Source: a virus
Lineage: Duplodnaviria; Caudoviricetes
Reading direction: 5' to 3' (one strand)
Virus record (IMG/VR): IMGVR_UViG_3300026196_000016
Location: 1 to 39,178 of that record
Length of the DNA: 39,178 bases
Shown: positions 8,649 through 18,146 of the stretch, one piece after another
Layout of the letters: every line of letters begins with the position of its first letter
Position numbering within the stretch: the first letter of the stretch is position 1
Notes under the pieces: generated by a model
The model's database searches: none
What the model was told of the DNA's origin: nothing
What the model saw: the letters and a program-made list of their open reading frames with translations, nothing else
Translations under genes and position numbers: made by a program

Positions 8649-9719
8649 TCACTTTTTAAACGGACTCGCCGCGTCTTTTCCCAGCATTCCATTAAGTGAC
8701 GCCTGCCGGATCATATCCCCGAACACCCTGTCTTGATACGGTTCTACAAAATCCTGTAGGTCGATCTTGCCCGCTTTCCATGCCTCAAACGCCGCATCAT
8801 TACGCATCAAATCGCGCTGTTTCCTTTCATTCAAGCCGTTGAACCAATCTTGACCGCTTCCTACATTTGCCGTCGTTCCCAGCACATCCGTTACTGTTGT
8901 TCCCCGTCCGTTGTGATGCTCCTGAATCGGCGGGATCGGCTTGCCCTTATCGCGGACGCTATCCCATATCACCGTCCCGTGTAGCACGATACACGCCATA
9001 CAGATTCTATCGTCAAGCGATTCAATCCGTATCACCCGCGCGATGATGTCCGCATTGGCGTTCTGGTGGATTGCCGTTCCCGTTCTCATTGATTCGAGCT
9101 GTAGCGTCCTCATTAAAGTATTCGCCGTTGACGCCGGGAGTCCCTGTGTCATTTGTCGGATCACGCCCGCCGTTTTCATCGGACTCCATCCAAGCGCGAA
9201 TCCCTGCACCGCCTGATTGCTGATCACATTGACCACATCGGGACCATATTGTGCCAGCTCTTCCGACCACCCCGCCGAATCGACGAATCCCACAAGCCGG
9301 TTGACCGCTTCCGGGTCCGGTGTATTCCAATCTTTCCCCACCGCGAGCCGCACCTGTGCATCACTCAGCCCCGGTAATGCCAGTTGCCGTGTCACCGTTC
9401 CCGCCACATCCACCCCATTTTTTTGCACATCATCGGCTACACCATCCACCCGTGACGCATTCCGTCCCATCACCGTATCCAGATCAGCCCGTAACGCTCG
9501 TAATACTGCGTTATCCGGTTTGAGCTTCTGCCCCTCCCCTGCCAATCGGCGCGCCTCTGCCTCTAATTCGCCTAATCGCTGTTGGATCAGTCCCTTTGGA
9601 TCATTGGTCGACGTGACGATAGACGCCACGACTTTTTCTGTCGTCTGCACATAGCCTCGATTCAGCAACCTGTCAATCGTCGCCTGTACCGTCTCCGCTG
9701 GCGCATTCGGTTGTACCAT
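8649..9719 (-). CDS. Minor head / head morphogenesis protein (SPP1 gp7 / MuF-like)
   Basis: LDDRICMACIVLHG and HHNGR motifs; likely start ATG 9719 (ORF track 9758). No C-terminal toxin extension. Confidence 0.8.
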   Translation of the reverse strand: MVQPNAPAETVQATIDRLLNRGYVQTTEKVVASIVTSTNDPKGLIQQRLGELEAEARRLAGEGQKLKPDNAVLRALRADLDTVMGRNASRVDGVADDVQKNGVDVAGTVTRQLALPGLSDAQVRLAVGKDWNTPDPEAVNRLVGFVDSAGWSEELAQYGPDVVNVISNQAVQGFALGWSPMKTAGVIRQMTQGLPASTANTLMRTLQLESMRTGTAIHQNANADIIARVIRIESLDDRICMACIVLHGTVIWDSVRDKGKPIPPIQEHHNGRGTTVTDVLGTTANVGSGQDWFNGLNERKQRDLMRNDAAFEAWKAGKIDLQDFVEPYQDRVFGDMIRQASLNGMLGKDAASPFKK

Positions 9720-9783
9720 GTATCCGCTCCTACAAAATGTAGGGGCATGATGGATCATGCCCCGCCTTGGTGTTCATGGGGTA

Positions 9784-10008
9784 TCATTCCGCCGTTTTCG
9801 GTCTTTTCTTTGGTGGATCAGCTTTAGCTATTGGAGGGGCGAACACATGGATAGATGTCCACTCGCGGGAATCCTCTCCTATGTGCATTTCAATGGATGG
9901 ATCATCCATCACTTGATCCTCGTCACCATGCGCCTTGACTTCCGCCACGAACGCCCGAACTACATTTTTTAGCTTCTTTTCGAGATCAGTACGCCAATCC
10001 GTAGCCAT
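9784..10008 (-). CDS. Hypothetical protein
   Basis: 74-aa ORF coupled to the upstream gene by a TAATG overlap. Confidence 0.6.
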   Translation of the reverse strand: MATDWRTDLEKKLKNVVRAFVAEVKAHGDEDQVMDDPSIEMHIGEDSREWTSIHVFAPPIAKADPPKKRPKTAE

Positions 10009-10430
10009 TATGCCGCAACCGCCACACCTGATGGAATCGGCTTGAGTATCGCCTTGGATGTGGATATCGGCACCATCAACAGCGTTACAAATACGCCTGC
10101 TCCCACATCCGCCGCCGGGCAGATTCCGCCTGCTGTTTCAGATACGTATAACTGTGTCCCGATTGCCAGTGTCCCGCCCGGAGTAAAATCATCGTCTTCG
10201 ATGTCAACTTCCACCGGTTGACCACTCGCACCACCATTGAGCGCAATACCAATATTGCCATCACTGCCCGCTGTTCCGACAGCATTTCCGTCTGCCAGCT
10301 TCCATGTTCCCGCCGATGAATCGAAATACACAGCCTGACCCGCTGTCGTCGTTGCGCCTAATGTTCCAAGCCGCGTAATGGCATTAGCACCTTTTGCTAC
10401 GCTTGTGGCTGTTATTACTACGTCCGTCAT
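10008..10430 (-). CDS. Putative capsid cement / decoration-like protein
   Basis: Gly/Ala/Thr-rich; AGQAVY...WKLAD...GIAL...G..LYVSETAG pattern; AGGAG RBS; own late-type promoter. Confidence 0.6.
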   Translation of the reverse strand: MTDVVITATSVAKGANAITRLGTLGATTTAGQAVYFDSSAGTWKLADGNAVGTAGSDGNIGIALNGGASGQPVEVDIEDDDFTPGGTLAIGTQLYVSETAGGICPAADVGAGVFVTLLMVPISTSKAILKPIPSGVAVAA

Positions 10431-10505
10431 CTTAAAATCTCCTGTTAAATATGCGCATATTTCCTATCACAATACCCATTCCCGCGCATAAATAACGAAC
10501 AAATG

Positions 10506-10529
10506 AAAAACACCCCATTTTCAGGGGTG
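10506..10529 (-). terminator. Rho-independent terminator after the DUF6745 pair
   Basis: Same hairpin and T-tract as at 8395. Confidence 0.7.
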
Positions 10530-10565
10530 TCCGCTTTTGTTTCATCGGTTTTACCGATGAATGAA

Positions 10566-10874
10566 TTAATCCAACACGCGACGAATATCACCGCGCACAT
10601 ATTGGCGCTGGTGAATTACCTGCCAGATTCCAGCAGGCAGATTAATGGTTGCGTGTTCTTCATGGACAACCTTCACCGGTGCATCAACAACAAGCCATTC
10701 CAAATCCTGGACAGAATCACGATACATGGTTGCGTTTTTGTCATGAATCGCATGAGCATGACCAGTAATCTCACCTTCCGCAATCACAATACGATTGTTT
10801 TGGCGTTTTACCTTCTCGCCTTGATAATCACCATCGACTTGCACAAAATAAATATCACCTTGTCTAAATTGCAT
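10566..10874 (-). CDS. Conserved partner of DUF6745 proteins (RQGD...GE.TGH.H...HEEH family)
   Basis: MQFRQGDI, AEGEITGHAH, HEEH and RQRQY-like motifs; AAGGAG RBS. Confidence 0.75.
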   Translation of the reverse strand: MQFRQGDIYFVQVDGDYQGEKVKRQNNRIVIAEGEITGHAHAIHDKNATMYRDSVQDLEWLVVDAPVKVVHEEHATINLPAGIWQVIHQRQYVRGDIRRVLD

Positions 10875-10922
10875 TTTGTCACTCCTTTTAATTGGTGATT
10901 CAAACGCATACCCCTGCGCTTA

Positions 10923-11957
10923 TCAACTCTCAAAAATTGGATCATAATCGCGCCAATTTTCTTCATATCCAAATGTCCATGCGACTGCCTGATGTGCGCT
11001 TTGCATACTTGCAGGTACTTGCAACCAATAACGTCGTTGTGTCGATGGACAACGCACATTGACCATTGCGAGTGGCTCGTCCTGCTTAAAATCAATGCGG
11101 TAGAGGTCACCGAATTTATCACTATGGATAGGTTTCGCATCGCTATCTTGGATGAAGCGTTCTTCGGTGTATCGTTCCATCATGACCCGTGCTAGCTCCG
11201 CGTTATCTTCTTCCAGGATGGTTTGTGGTGTAATTCGCTCAGGATTTATGATAACCCAATCTGGCACCCGATGCCCATGCCAGGCGTAAATACCCCACCC
11301 ATCAGGATATGCGCAAGCCATGTCGCTTGCGCAATGCAAACGATCTCGTACATCAAAGTTCAAGATGCTGTGACGTTCCGAGACAAAACAAATGTCTTTA
11401 TATGGAAACCACCACCCAGCATGTTGAGCAACTAGGCTCAACCCCTGGAGGTTTTTTGTTTGATCAACTAATCCTAACACCGTTGCCATGTAATCATAGA
11501 AGACTAACCAATTAGCTTCGTGTTGCCCATAGACGCAAGCCTGGACGGAATCCCCAACCGAAGCCCGGACCGAAGCCTGGACCAAAGCCCAGACCGAAGC
11601 CCAGACCGAAGCCCGGACGGAAGCCCCAACCGAAGCCCAGATCGAAGCCCGGACGGAATCCCCAACCGAAGCCCGGACCGAAGCCCGGACCGAAGCCCAG
11701 ATTCCGTCTTGGACCGAAGCCCGGATCGAAGCCCGGACGGAATCCCGGATGGAATTCTTCTTTAACATCATAGCCATAGGCGAATCACACCAGATGATGC
11801 GCTTCGGTGGCTTTAATCCTGCCACCTCGTAAGCCAGATTGACCCCTCTCTCGGCTTCAGGTCGATCCGCAGCTTTGGTAGACAGACCGATGGCAGTCCA
11901 CTTGGCTACAAATTCAGGAAATAGATCCTTTTGATATTCTGTAAGTTCTGTAATCAT
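10923..11957 (-). CDS. DUF6745-domain protein with tetrapeptide repeat
   Basis: GLST..ADR, GQHEANW, GWWFP, RLHC...YPDGWGIYAWHG, NAELARV and CPST.RRYW motifs; likely ATG 11957 after AAGGAG. Confidence 0.8.
   Translation of the reverse strand: MITELTEYQKDLFPEFVAKWTAIGLSTKAADRPEAERGVNLAYEVAGLKPPKRIIWCDSPMAMMLKKNSIRDSVRASIRASVQDGIWASVRASVRASVGDSVRASIWASVGASVRASVWASVWALVQASVRASVGDSVQACVYGQHEANWLVFYDYMATVLGLVDQTKNLQGLSLVAQHAGWWFPYKDICFVSERHSILNFDVRDRLHCASDMACAYPDGWGIYAWHGHRVPDWVIINPERITPQTILEEDNAELARVMMERYTEERFIQDSDAKPIHSDKFGDLYRIDFKQDEPLAMVNVRCPSTQRRYWLQVPASMQSAHQAVAWTFGYEENWRDYDPIFES
11538..11753. repeat. In-frame 12-bp tandem repeat, about 18 units (S-V-R/W/G/Q-A/D)
   Basis: GCCCGGACCGAA-type units read directly from the sequence. 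Confidence 0.95.
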
Positions 11958-12045
11958 AATTTCTCCTTTGGTATTCAATTTTGAATGTCATTCTTTTCCT
12001 ATAAATAGAATAGCCGCCCCTCGTGGCGGTCTGGTGATTAGGAGC

Positions 12046-12073
12046 TATCTACATAATGCTCATTATTTCGACA
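12046..12073. other. dif/lox-like 28-bp site
   Basis: TATCTACATAA TGCTCA TTATTTCGACA. Confidence 0.72.
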
Positions 12074-12485
12074 CAACCCACACGCCACAACCGGGATGAG
12101 GATTCCCATCATCGCCCTGATACCATCCTGCGAATAATAGCTTGTACCGCGAATGATTGAGATAACGTGGATAAGCCCACCGTGACACCATCCCGCCGAT
12201 CGTCACATACTCGCCCGCGTGAAAATAGAGTCCGTAACGCATATCATATCGTGCATACAGTAGCGGAATCCCCGCAACCGTCCACAAATCGGATACGTTG
12301 ATATATCCTAGCTCTTCCAACGCGCCAACATCACACGCAGGCGCATTATCCGCGCGCACCGTTCCCGCACATAAAAACAGCAAGCACACCGGTACCAGTA
12401 CCAGCATCACCAGACACGCGAGAATCTGACGTTCTGGAACGCCCTCACGTTCATATTCATTGATCATTTCGTCTACGTTATCCAT
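12063..12485 (-). CDS. Hypothetical membrane-anchored or secreted protein
   Basis: Hydrophobic segment ILACLVMLVLVPVCLLFLCAG. Confidence 0.6.
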   Translation of the reverse strand: MDNVDEMINEYEREGVPERQILACLVMLVLVPVCLLFLCAGTVRADNAPACDVGALEELGYINVSDLWTVAGIPLLYARYDMRYGLYFHAGEYVTIGGMVSRWAYPRYLNHSRYKLLFAGWYQGDDGNPHPGCGVWVVSK

Positions 12486-12487
12486 GT

Positions 12488-13198
12488 TTACCCCCGATAC
12501 GCCCCGATACGATTGTGCAGGTCTAAGATTTGCGCGTCACTGAGCAGGCTTGGAATGCGTGCCACCACGCCCAAACTGCCGTCAAGTCCAGTATCACCTA
12601 ATGAGCGGTTGCCGATATTTGTGGTGACATCATCCGGCTGATACGCTCCGACGCCCGCTGTTGCTGCGGCATAGGTTTGCTCAACAGCATCAAAATAGAG
12701 CTTTGCCAGCTTGGTCGTGGTTCCGTCCACTTGCTCGGCAATGGTTTTAATGCCGAGGGTGACAAATTCATTCGTGCGGATGTTGCTCGCTGAGGTAGCA
12801 TAAGCGCCCTGCGAATCGAGTTGATTCGCAGCCGTAATATAGACATGCGGAAACGAGTTGCTATAGCCATGTAATTCTTGATTTAAACCAAGCGATGTTA
12901 GCGTCACGTCAAATATCCATGTCCATTGTTCGTGAGCGCGAAAGGTTGCGTTATTGCTAAAGGTCAAAATGGATGTTGCCGTCGCATCAAAGACCATGCG
13001 CCCACCGGACAGGGTCACCGCGCCGCCATTGCTGATGGTGAATCCATGCACACCAAAATCAACCGCCGTGCCGCCCACCCAGCCGCCGGATTCGTTGGGC
13101 ATTAAAAGCAGGTCGGCACCAAGGCTCTGTAAATATTCCTTGAACGTTTGATTCGCACTTATAATCTTCTTACCCAATGCTCGCCCTAAAAAACCCAT
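12488..13198 (-). CDS. LamG / concanavalin A-like lectin-fold protein
   Basis: LLMPNESGG, KLYFDAV, NIGNR and LSDAQILDLHN patterns of LamG-like jelly-roll domains. Confidence 0.7.
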   Translation of the reverse strand: MGFLGRALGKKIISANQTFKEYLQSLGADLLLMPNESGGWVGGTAVDFGVHGFTISNGGAVTLSGGRMVFDATATSILTFSNNATFRAHEQWTWIFDVTLTSLGLNQELHGYSNSFPHVYITAANQLDSQGAYATSASNIRTNEFVTLGIKTIAEQVDGTTTKLAKLYFDAVEQTYAAATAGVGAYQPDDVTTNIGNRSLGDTGLDGSLGVVARIPSLLSDAQILDLHNRIGAYRG

Positions 13199-13208
13199 CG
13201 TCTTATCC

Positions 13209-13236
13209 GTTCTAAATAATTTGTTTTCTGTCGATT
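13209..13236. other. dif/lox-like 28-bp site
   Basis: GTTCTAAATAA TTTGTT TTCTGTCGATT. Confidence 0.6.
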
Positions 13237-14794
13237 AGATTTTCGATGGAGCCGCCACCGCTCCCGGAACGCCGTTGAGGTTCGCGCCGAAATTCAACGC
13301 ATTCCCCACACCCGGCAGATTCAAGCCCGCCAGCACTTGATTCGCTTGTGCCTGTGACCGGTCTAGGATCGTCTGTCGCTTGCTTGCATCCAGATCGATC
13401 ACATCGCCGATCATATCGAGATACAGCGTCTTATCTTCCAGCTTATCATATACCATGTTCGCCTCCTGGAATGTCTCCAGATCGTTCCTCACCTGGGCAT
13501 CCTGCCAGTGACAATTAAACAGGTCGATCATCGGCGGCTTTTTGGTGGCGAATGCTGATTCTACCCGGTGCATGAGGCTCATCACATCTTCCCACGAATT
13601 TCCAAGGATCACCTGTGCATTTCGCACTTTAGCGAGCAAACCCTTATCACGTTCTTTCAGTGCTTCCCCGCTGGAGGAATCGCTTCCTAGTTGACCGCTC
13701 ACTGGCGTGTCCGAAATATCCCCGATGAAGTCAACCAACCGCTCCAACACCTTAATAAAGGATTGCGGATCACCCGGATTGATGCTTGATAGATCAACAT
13801 ATTGCAGAAGGCTAGGATCACCGTCCGCGTTTGCTGTGATAATATCGCCCGGTGCAATCGTCGGAGGTGGCACGAATCCTTTCGCAAATAGCAGAAGGAA
13901 TCCGGTCAATTCGCAGGACATCACCATAGAGACACTCACACGGTTAAGCATATCCTGTAGATTGATGATCTTCAGTAATTCCGACTGCCCCACGTTATCC
14001 CCGTCTTCCCGTTCTGCCGCAAAATGTACCACCGGCACACCCAGCGGTTTTTGACTGACGGGATCAATCCAGGGGATACCCGTCTCAACGACTGTCAGAT
14101 CGCCGCCGTTGATGTCCATCGTATATTTATCAATATGATCGGCATAGTATACGTTGATCTGTTTTGTTTCCTTGCCGGTATAGAATATCTTGATCGCCGC
14201 GTACAATTCATCGGGATCAGCCCTGTCATAGACCGGGATCATGCCCACATCCCCATCATATGCACGCTCGTAATACATGCGTGAGGTCATCGTAGTTTCG
14301 TCGAATGCCACCATCACGAACACATCACCGTCCCGCGATTCCGCCTTATGCACCTTGATCTGTAGCGCATCGAAGCGGTTCAGCTTTAGCCGATCATCTA
14401 CCCACATCTGCCCCGCGTTAATTACCTCCCCCTGCGTAGCGGGGGGAACAGAGGGGGGAGTCTGCGTAGCGGGGGGAACAGAGGGGGGAATCTGCATAGC
14501 GGAGGGGCTAGGGGTGGGGATGGTTTCACTCGCCTCAATCTGCTTGACGACCAACCGCTCGCTTTTCTTCCGCGCTACTTTCTTGGTATAGTCAATCGAA
14601 AAATGCTCTAATACGTCGCTCTTGAGATTAAGCATCCGTTTCATGGTTTCCGTGAGGTAAGTCCGCTGTTGACCCTTGGTGTATTGCCGGTAGAGCGCGA
14701 TACGCCGCCCCCACAGATCGATCTCCTGTGCCCAATCAACAGCCACATAGTCCTTAAATAATTGTTCGTATAATTCACCAAGCATTTTGTACAC
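13235..14794 (-). CDS. Portal protein (SPP1-like)
   Basis: PLGVPVVHF, SEL..IINLQDMLN and SSGEALK motifs; directly after terL. Confidence 0.9.
   Translation of the reverse strand: MYKMLGELYEQLFKDYVAVDWAQEIDLWGRRIALYRQYTKGQQRTYLTETMKRMLNLKSDVLEHFSIDYTKKVARKKSERLVVKQIEASETIPTPSPSAMQIPPSVPPATQTPPSVPPATQGEVINAGQMWVDDRLKLNRFDALQIKVHKAESRDGDVFVMVAFDETTMTSRMYYERAYDGDVGMIPVYDRADPDELYAAIKIFYTGKETKQINVYYADHIDKYTMDINGGDLTVVETGIPWIDPVSQKPLGVPVVHFAAEREDGDNVGQSELLKIINLQDMLNRVSVSMVMSCELTGFLLLFAKGFVPPPTIAPGDIITANADGDPSLLQYVDLSSINPGDPQSFIKVLERLVDFIGDISDTPVSGQLGSDSSSGEALKERDKGLLAKVRNAQVILGNSWEDVMSLMHRVESAFATKKPPMIDLFNCHWQDAQVRNDLETFQEANMVYDKLEDKTLYLDMIGDVIDLDASKRQTILDRSQAQANQVLAGLNLPGVGNALNFGANLNGVPGAVAAPSKI
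14424..14520. repeat. REP-like / 30-bp tandem repeat inserted in frame in the portal gene
   Basis: CTGCGTAGCGGGGGGAACAGAGGGGGGA twice plus a variant; encodes PTPSPSAMQIPPSVPPATQTPPSVPPATQGE. Confidence 0.8.
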
Positions 14795-16106
14795 CGCTCG
14801 TTACTTGACCATATGGTTTATCTTCGCCCATAATCGCATAGCGTAACGCATCCATCGCATGATCGTTCACTTTCATCGGCACATCACGGATACCACTCGT
14901 ATTGCTTGCCCACTGGTATTGTTCAAATTCGATGATCGTGTTCGCCGCCTCGCGTGATACCATCAATCGCGGTTGATTGTCTGCCTGTATCACCAGCCGG
15001 TTTTGTATCTTCTGGATTCCTGTCTCAACCGTGTTATCTGCCCCTAGTGCCTTCACGCCCGCCTGCTTGTTGAATTCCTTGATATAATCCGGCTTACTCG
15101 GATCACAATAGAACGTCTCGATATTCCACGTATTGCGCAAGTCTTTCGCCAGTGACGCCCATTCTTCGATTCGCCTCTGTCGTTGGTACGCCTCATACAG
15201 CACATACGCCCGTCCATCGTAATCGATCCCCACTACCAGAATCACGCCCGGATGAGCAAATCCCCAATCGACACCCGCGATTACCCGCTTGAACGACACT
15301 GGCATAACGACCCGTGTATGGCGATCCCGGTCAAACAGTTGGTAGATTAATCCCTCGTGCGCAATGAATTCGCCTTCAAGCTCCTGAAGCGCAAAATCAC
15401 CCGCATAAGACGCCTGCCATTCTTCGACAATCTCCACCTCAAGAAAAAGATTGTCGGCACTCCGTACCTTGATAATCTTGAATCCGCGCCGGGGATCACG
15501 GACGTACACCTGCCATAGCCAATTTCGTCCTTTGGGAGTCGTCGTTAGCCAATCATGCCCCATTTTCCCGCCCTGCCGCAGACGCCCGATCATGATGTTG
15601 CGCACGTCCTTGCCATACATCGCCGCCTCATCACCCCACCACCACGCCGCCGATGGACCGCGCAATAGTTCAGGATTCGACGTGCTACGCCACAGAATCT
15701 CGCTTCCATTCTTGAGACGCATCTCACCCGTAGCCCGATTCATCCCCTCAATATATCGATCCGCCACTTCATAAAATGTTCGCAAGCTGGCATCGCGTAA
15801 CATGGGGTATGTCGGAGCCGTCACAATACCTAGATTCGGTGTGTCAATCCGCTCCTGCCCGATCCATCCATACGCCGCCCGGATCGCTCGCATGGCACCG
15901 CCGCGTGTTTTCCCGCTCCCGATGCCACCGATCATCGCCAGATGTTTGTCATTCGCCCGGATGAATTCCGCTTGCTTGGGGTGACGCTCGTCGATTTCGC
16001 GCATGGAATCAAAAAGCGGCGGATTAGTGAAGACATTCACCAGCCGCGCCGCTAGATTTGTTCCAAGAGTTTTTTGAAGCTTTACATTGCTTCCCGATGC
16101 ACTCAT
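14775..16106 (-). CDS. terL: Terminase large subunit (PBSX-like)
   Basis: Walker A GGIGSGKT, Walker B WWWGDEA, TTTPKG, nuclease motifs GVDWG and DHAMDALRY. Confidence 0.95.
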   Translation of the reverse strand: MSASGSNVKLQKTLGTNLAARLVNVFTNPPLFDSMREIDERHPKQAEFIRANDKHLAMIGGIGSGKTRGGAMRAIRAAYGWIGQERIDTPNLGIVTAPTYPMLRDASLRTFYEVADRYIEGMNRATGEMRLKNGSEILWRSTSNPELLRGPSAAWWWGDEAAMYGKDVRNIMIGRLRQGGKMGHDWLTTTPKGRNWLWQVYVRDPRRGFKIIKVRSADNLFLEVEIVEEWQASYAGDFALQELEGEFIAHEGLIYQLFDRDRHTRVVMPVSFKRVIAGVDWGFAHPGVILVVGIDYDGRAYVLYEAYQRQRRIEEWASLAKDLRNTWNIETFYCDPSKPDYIKEFNKQAGVKALGADNTVETGIQKIQNRLVIQADNQPRLMVSREAANTIIEFEQYQWASNTSGIRDVPMKVNDHAMDALRYAIMGEDKPYGQVTSGVQNAW

Positions 16107-16109
16107 ATC

Positions 16110-16137
16110 ATTCTACATAATTCCGGTTATGACGATT
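16110..16137. other. dif/lox-like 28-bp site
   Basis: ATTCTACATAA TTCCGG TTATGACGATT. Confidence 0.68.
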
Positions 16138-16381
16138 ACTTGTCGTCTTTCGCGGTTGTCTTTTTCTTCTCTTCCGCGAACACCAGCTCACGCCCTGTCC
16201 GTTCGAGATACAATTCACCCGCTACAGTTTTCGCATGTTCGACCGTCCGCCCCTGCCCGTGAATCACACCATCGCCAAACGTCAACTTGAATGACACCAT
16301 CACCGTCATTTGTGTGATTTCCAGCGTCCCGCCCTCAACCTCAAATACAATTCGTTCTCTCATCATATCCTCTAATCTCAC
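16136..16381 (-). CDS. Hypothetical protein
   Basis: 81-aa ORF in the packaging operon. Confidence 0.55.
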   Translation of the reverse strand: MRLEDMMRERIVFEVEGGTLEITQMTVMVSFKLTFGDGVIHGQGRTVEHAKTVAGELYLERTGRELVFAEEKKKTTAKDDK

Positions 16382-16980
16382 TAGTCACCTTGTACAGCCA
16401 CAGCATCTCGATTAATGCCCTTGAATTCTTGCCTTAATTCACTAATCGGACGCGCCATACCAAACCAGACTAACTCATACGCCGTTAAATGTTGGACGCC
16501 ATCGGACCCGATCGCTCTCATACGATCTTCCCAGAAGACCCCGGATTTATTGGATGCCATCGCCATGATCCGCGCTGTCCGTCCATCATAACTCTGTATC
16601 ATGCGAAATCGGTTTTCAGCCCCCGAAATATCCATTTTGGTTCCGCTGTCGAAGAAGTATTTTGAGGAATGGATACCCAAGCACGCCAGCGGGAACACAT
16701 ACCGCTTTTGACACGCTAGAAAAACATCGCCGTGGCAACTATCCGCTTGACCCGGTAGTAAGCCAACGCAGTTCCCCCGGTGTTGGATCATATCGGCAAT
16801 CGCCAAGGCGCAATTGGTTTCTCCGCCCATCCCCTGACAGAATATCCGTAATTCTTTGCGTTTGATGCTGTGCGCAAAATAGAAAGATTCAACTATTTGC
16901 ATATAAGCATCATGATCAATCGTATCCGGCAGGACAATCACGCCATATTGTTCGATCAATTTCACCTGTGTCTCATTCAT
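16381..16980 (-). CDS. ClpP-like (S14) protease
   Basis: GMGGE...ALAIADMI, GQADSCH (catalytic Ser position, cf. AASMG), GIH (His) and LTAYELVWFGM (cf. L.A.EA..YG). Confidence 0.75.
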   Translation of the reverse strand: MNETQVKLIEQYGVIVLPDTIDHDAYMQIVESFYFAHSIKRKELRIFCQGMGGETNCALAIADMIQHRGNCVGLLPGQADSCHGDVFLACQKRYVFPLACLGIHSSKYFFDSGTKMDISGAENRFRMIQSYDGRTARIMAMASNKSGVFWEDRMRAIGSDGVQHLTAYELVWFGMARPISELRQEFKGINRDAVAVQGD

Positions 16981-17458
16981 GATTGCTCTCTTCGATTGCC
17001 TCCCGCATCATCGCCACAAATTGATTGACCGCTTCAGACATCACCTCTTCCTCATCCGCGCCCACTTTCGCTAAATACTCGCGCACATCGTCGGGAAGCT
17101 CCATAATCGGAACACCTGCCTCTGCTACCTCAACTCTGGATGTCCACCCGCGCCGCTTGCCCCGCGTTGATAATACGTACTTGATCACATCGAATGGCGG
17201 TTTCACCAGCACTCCATCATCATCCGTTTTCGGTTTTTTGTCTGCATTGACCGGATTCAAATATTGCGCTAACCACCACTCCGCCCGGTCGACAATCTCG
17301 TCAGATGCCCGTTCCAGCGACTTCTTTAATTCCGGACGTTTCTTGAGAAAGTTGTAGACCGTCTGCCGCGAACACCCACACCGCCGCGCAATCTCGGAAA
17401 CATTGCCGTAGGAACCTTCAAGAGCCTCTTTAAATTTGGTGATTGTGATGCTTGCCAT
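16973..17458 (-). CDS. terS: Terminase small subunit (N-terminal HTH)
   Basis: GNVSEIARRCGCSRQTVY HTH and KYVLSTRGKRRGW; first gene of the late operon; likely ATG 17458. Confidence 0.7.
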   Translation of the reverse strand: MASITITKFKEALEGSYGNVSEIARRCGCSRQTVYNFLKKRPELKKSLERASDEIVDRAEWWLAQYLNPVNADKKPKTDDDGVLVKPPFDVIKYVLSTRGKRRGWTSRVEVAEAGVPIMELPDDVREYLAKVGADEEEVMSEAVNQFVAMMREAIEESNHE

Positions 17459-17596
17459 CTTGCGCAATCTCCACCCACTGTCAAAATCTGTCAAATCATA
17501 CGCCGATTTTTTCAAGCGCATACTTGGCTATACGAAATCGTATCATTACACTACATCTAGACATCCATCTGTAACGAAACCGTCCACTTTTAAATC

Positions 17597-17622
17597 AAAA
17601 ATGCCCCATTTTGAGGCATTTT
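17597..17622. terminator. Bidirectional terminator separating early and late regions
   Basis: AAAAATGCC-CCATTTTGA-GGCATTTTT. Confidence 0.6.
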
Positions 17623-17673
17623 TCTATCATTTCGCCACGTTTTTGACACATTCCTCAAAAATGGGGTGACGCC

Positions 17674-18015
17674 TTACGCCACCCATTCCCGCGCTTCCAT
17701 CACTGATTTTAAATCCACCCGCTTAAACTCAAACCGCATGGATCGACTCACCCTCTGATGTTGAATCAAATCAGGTACAGGCAGAACGCCTTGCCGGATG
17801 ATCTCCCAGGCATCGATCACCAGATACCCGCGCCGCGAGCCATACCCGCCTAATCGAATCAATTTTCCGTCTCGCCACATTCGTTCCATATTCCGGCGAA
17901 TGTAGCCCTCACTCGCCACCACTGGCAACTTAGATTGAACTTGGAACGGGAATACCCCATTCTTGTAAGTTCGTTGAAGCCTACTGACCGCTGTGATAAT
18001 CAAATCGTCAAACAT
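17674..18015 (-). CDS. Winged-helix-like protein, candidate late transcription activator
   Basis: SEGYIRRNMERMWRDGKLIRLGG..RRGY wHTH pattern; last gene before the terS promoter. Confidence 0.5.
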   Translation of the reverse strand: MFDDLIITAVSRLQRTYKNGVFPFQVQSKLPVVASEGYIRRNMERMWRDGKLIRLGGYGSRRGYLVIDAWEIIRQGVLPVPDLIQHQRVSRSMRFEFKRVDLKSVMEAREWVA

Positions 18016-18118
18016 GATCTCCTAGTGTCTCCTGTCTAGCCCACATTGAGATGCTAGGAATCCCTTCCGCTTATCCCAATTATATCCCAATTCTCCCATT
18101 GAAACACGCCGCCAATCT

Positions 18119-18146
18119 TGTCTACATAACATCAGTTATTTAGACC
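18119..18146. other. dif/lox-like 28-bp site
   Basis: TGTCTACATAA CATCAG TTATTTAGACC. Confidence 0.78.

Noticed and set aside
10447-10462. Perfect palindrome AAATATGCGCATATTT
   Set aside because: Single occurrence near a predicted TSS; it may be an operator but no second copy supports it.
11520-11765. Plus-strand SPDR-repeat ORF
   Set aside because: Antisense shadow of the 12-bp repeat in the DUF6745 gene; no RBS or promoter.
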